25,623 nucleotides of DNA from an uncultured Bacteroidia bacterium (GTDB taxonomy: Bacteria; Bacteroidota; Bacteroidia; J057), in the NCBI GenBank assembly GCA_964560095.1, contig CAZLKP010000003.1:5116-30738 (forward strand), in the 5' to 3' direction. The notes under the pieces are model-generated. The model had not been told where the DNA came from, ran no database searches, and saw nothing but the letters and a program-made list of their open reading frames with translations. Shown here one piece after another: positions 25,304 to 25,623 of this stretch. How positions within the stretch are numbered: the first letter of the stretch is position 1; each line of letters opens with the position of its first letter. The translations under genes were made by a program, and so were the position numbers.

Positions 25304-25623
25304 ATGTCCCAATTCGCCAATATTACCCTGGCTCCGGAAGAACTCCACAATGAACCGCTGACCAGGGAGGCTCTTGCCAGGAAGCTCGGTATTCGTGCTA
25401 AAGACATCCATGCCATCAAACTTCGCCGAAGATCGATTGATGCGCGCAGAGGCAAGGTGAAATTCGCATTGCGATATGAGGTGTGGACCGAGGCACCTGA
25501 ACCTACTTCTGACCTCTCTCCCTTTCAGTTTCGGGATGTGTCCGGTAAGGCACCGGTTCACATTGTGGGTGCGGGCCCGGCGGGGTTGTTTGCGGCCTTG
25601 CAAGCCATTGAAAAAGGGCGGAA
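25304..25623 (+). CDS. NAD(P)/FAD-dependent oxidoreductase (COG2509-like); 3' end runs off the window
   Basis: Absent from the ORF track. Hand translation gives MSQFANITLAPEEL...LRRRSIDARRGKVKF...VHIVGAGPAGLFAALQAIEKG. The RRSIDAR segment plus GAGPAG is typical of this family. Confidence 0.88.
   Translation, partial: MSQFANITLAPEELHNEPLTREALARKLGIRAKDIHAIKLRRRSIDARRGKVKFALRYEVWTEAPEPTSDLSPFQFRDVSGKAPVHIVGAGPAGLFAALQAIEKGR

Noticed and set aside
25244-25603. Minus-strand 119-aa ORF
   Set aside because: It is antisense to the real plus-strand FAD oxidoreductase starting at 25304.
1-25623. Mobile element, prophage, tRNA or rRNA signatures
   Set aside because: I found no integrase, transposase, terminal inverted repeats, phage structural motifs or RNA-gene patterns by eye.

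Overview
This is a gene-dense chromosomal window from a Bacteroidota bacterium. The assignment rests on two T9SS C-terminal sorting domains, DUF3127, signal peptides cleaving before Gln, and a TAnnTTTG-type promoter. From left to right it holds: a left-truncated bifunctional nnr (NAD(P)HX repair) gene, which the ORF track missed; a divergent SDR-SDR-FAH sugar-acid catabolic trio; a cNMP-CBS-DUF294 nucleotidyltransferase; a phosphonatase-like HAD and a TIGR03364-type FAD oxidoreductase arranged tail-to-tail; an orphan response regulator; SSB-like DUF3127; xseB-xseA; a small T9SS cargo protein; a tandem cold-shock-domain/DUF3825 fusion; msrC-recQ; an ~8.8 kb seven-gene envelope operon (16164-24984); and a right-truncated FAD-dependent oxidoreductase, also missed by the track. 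The envelope operon is the best candidate for an undescribed system. It encodes a YCF48-like propeller, two paralogous helical lipoproteins, a Tat-exported divergent DUF1501-like metalloenzyme, a lipoprotein with an atypical CX4CH haem-c motif, a small lipoprotein, and a large CUB/repeat/PKD T9SS type-B surface protein. I saw no rRNA, tRNA, CRISPR array, transposase or integrase. All family assignments come from motif recognition by eye, not from database searches.
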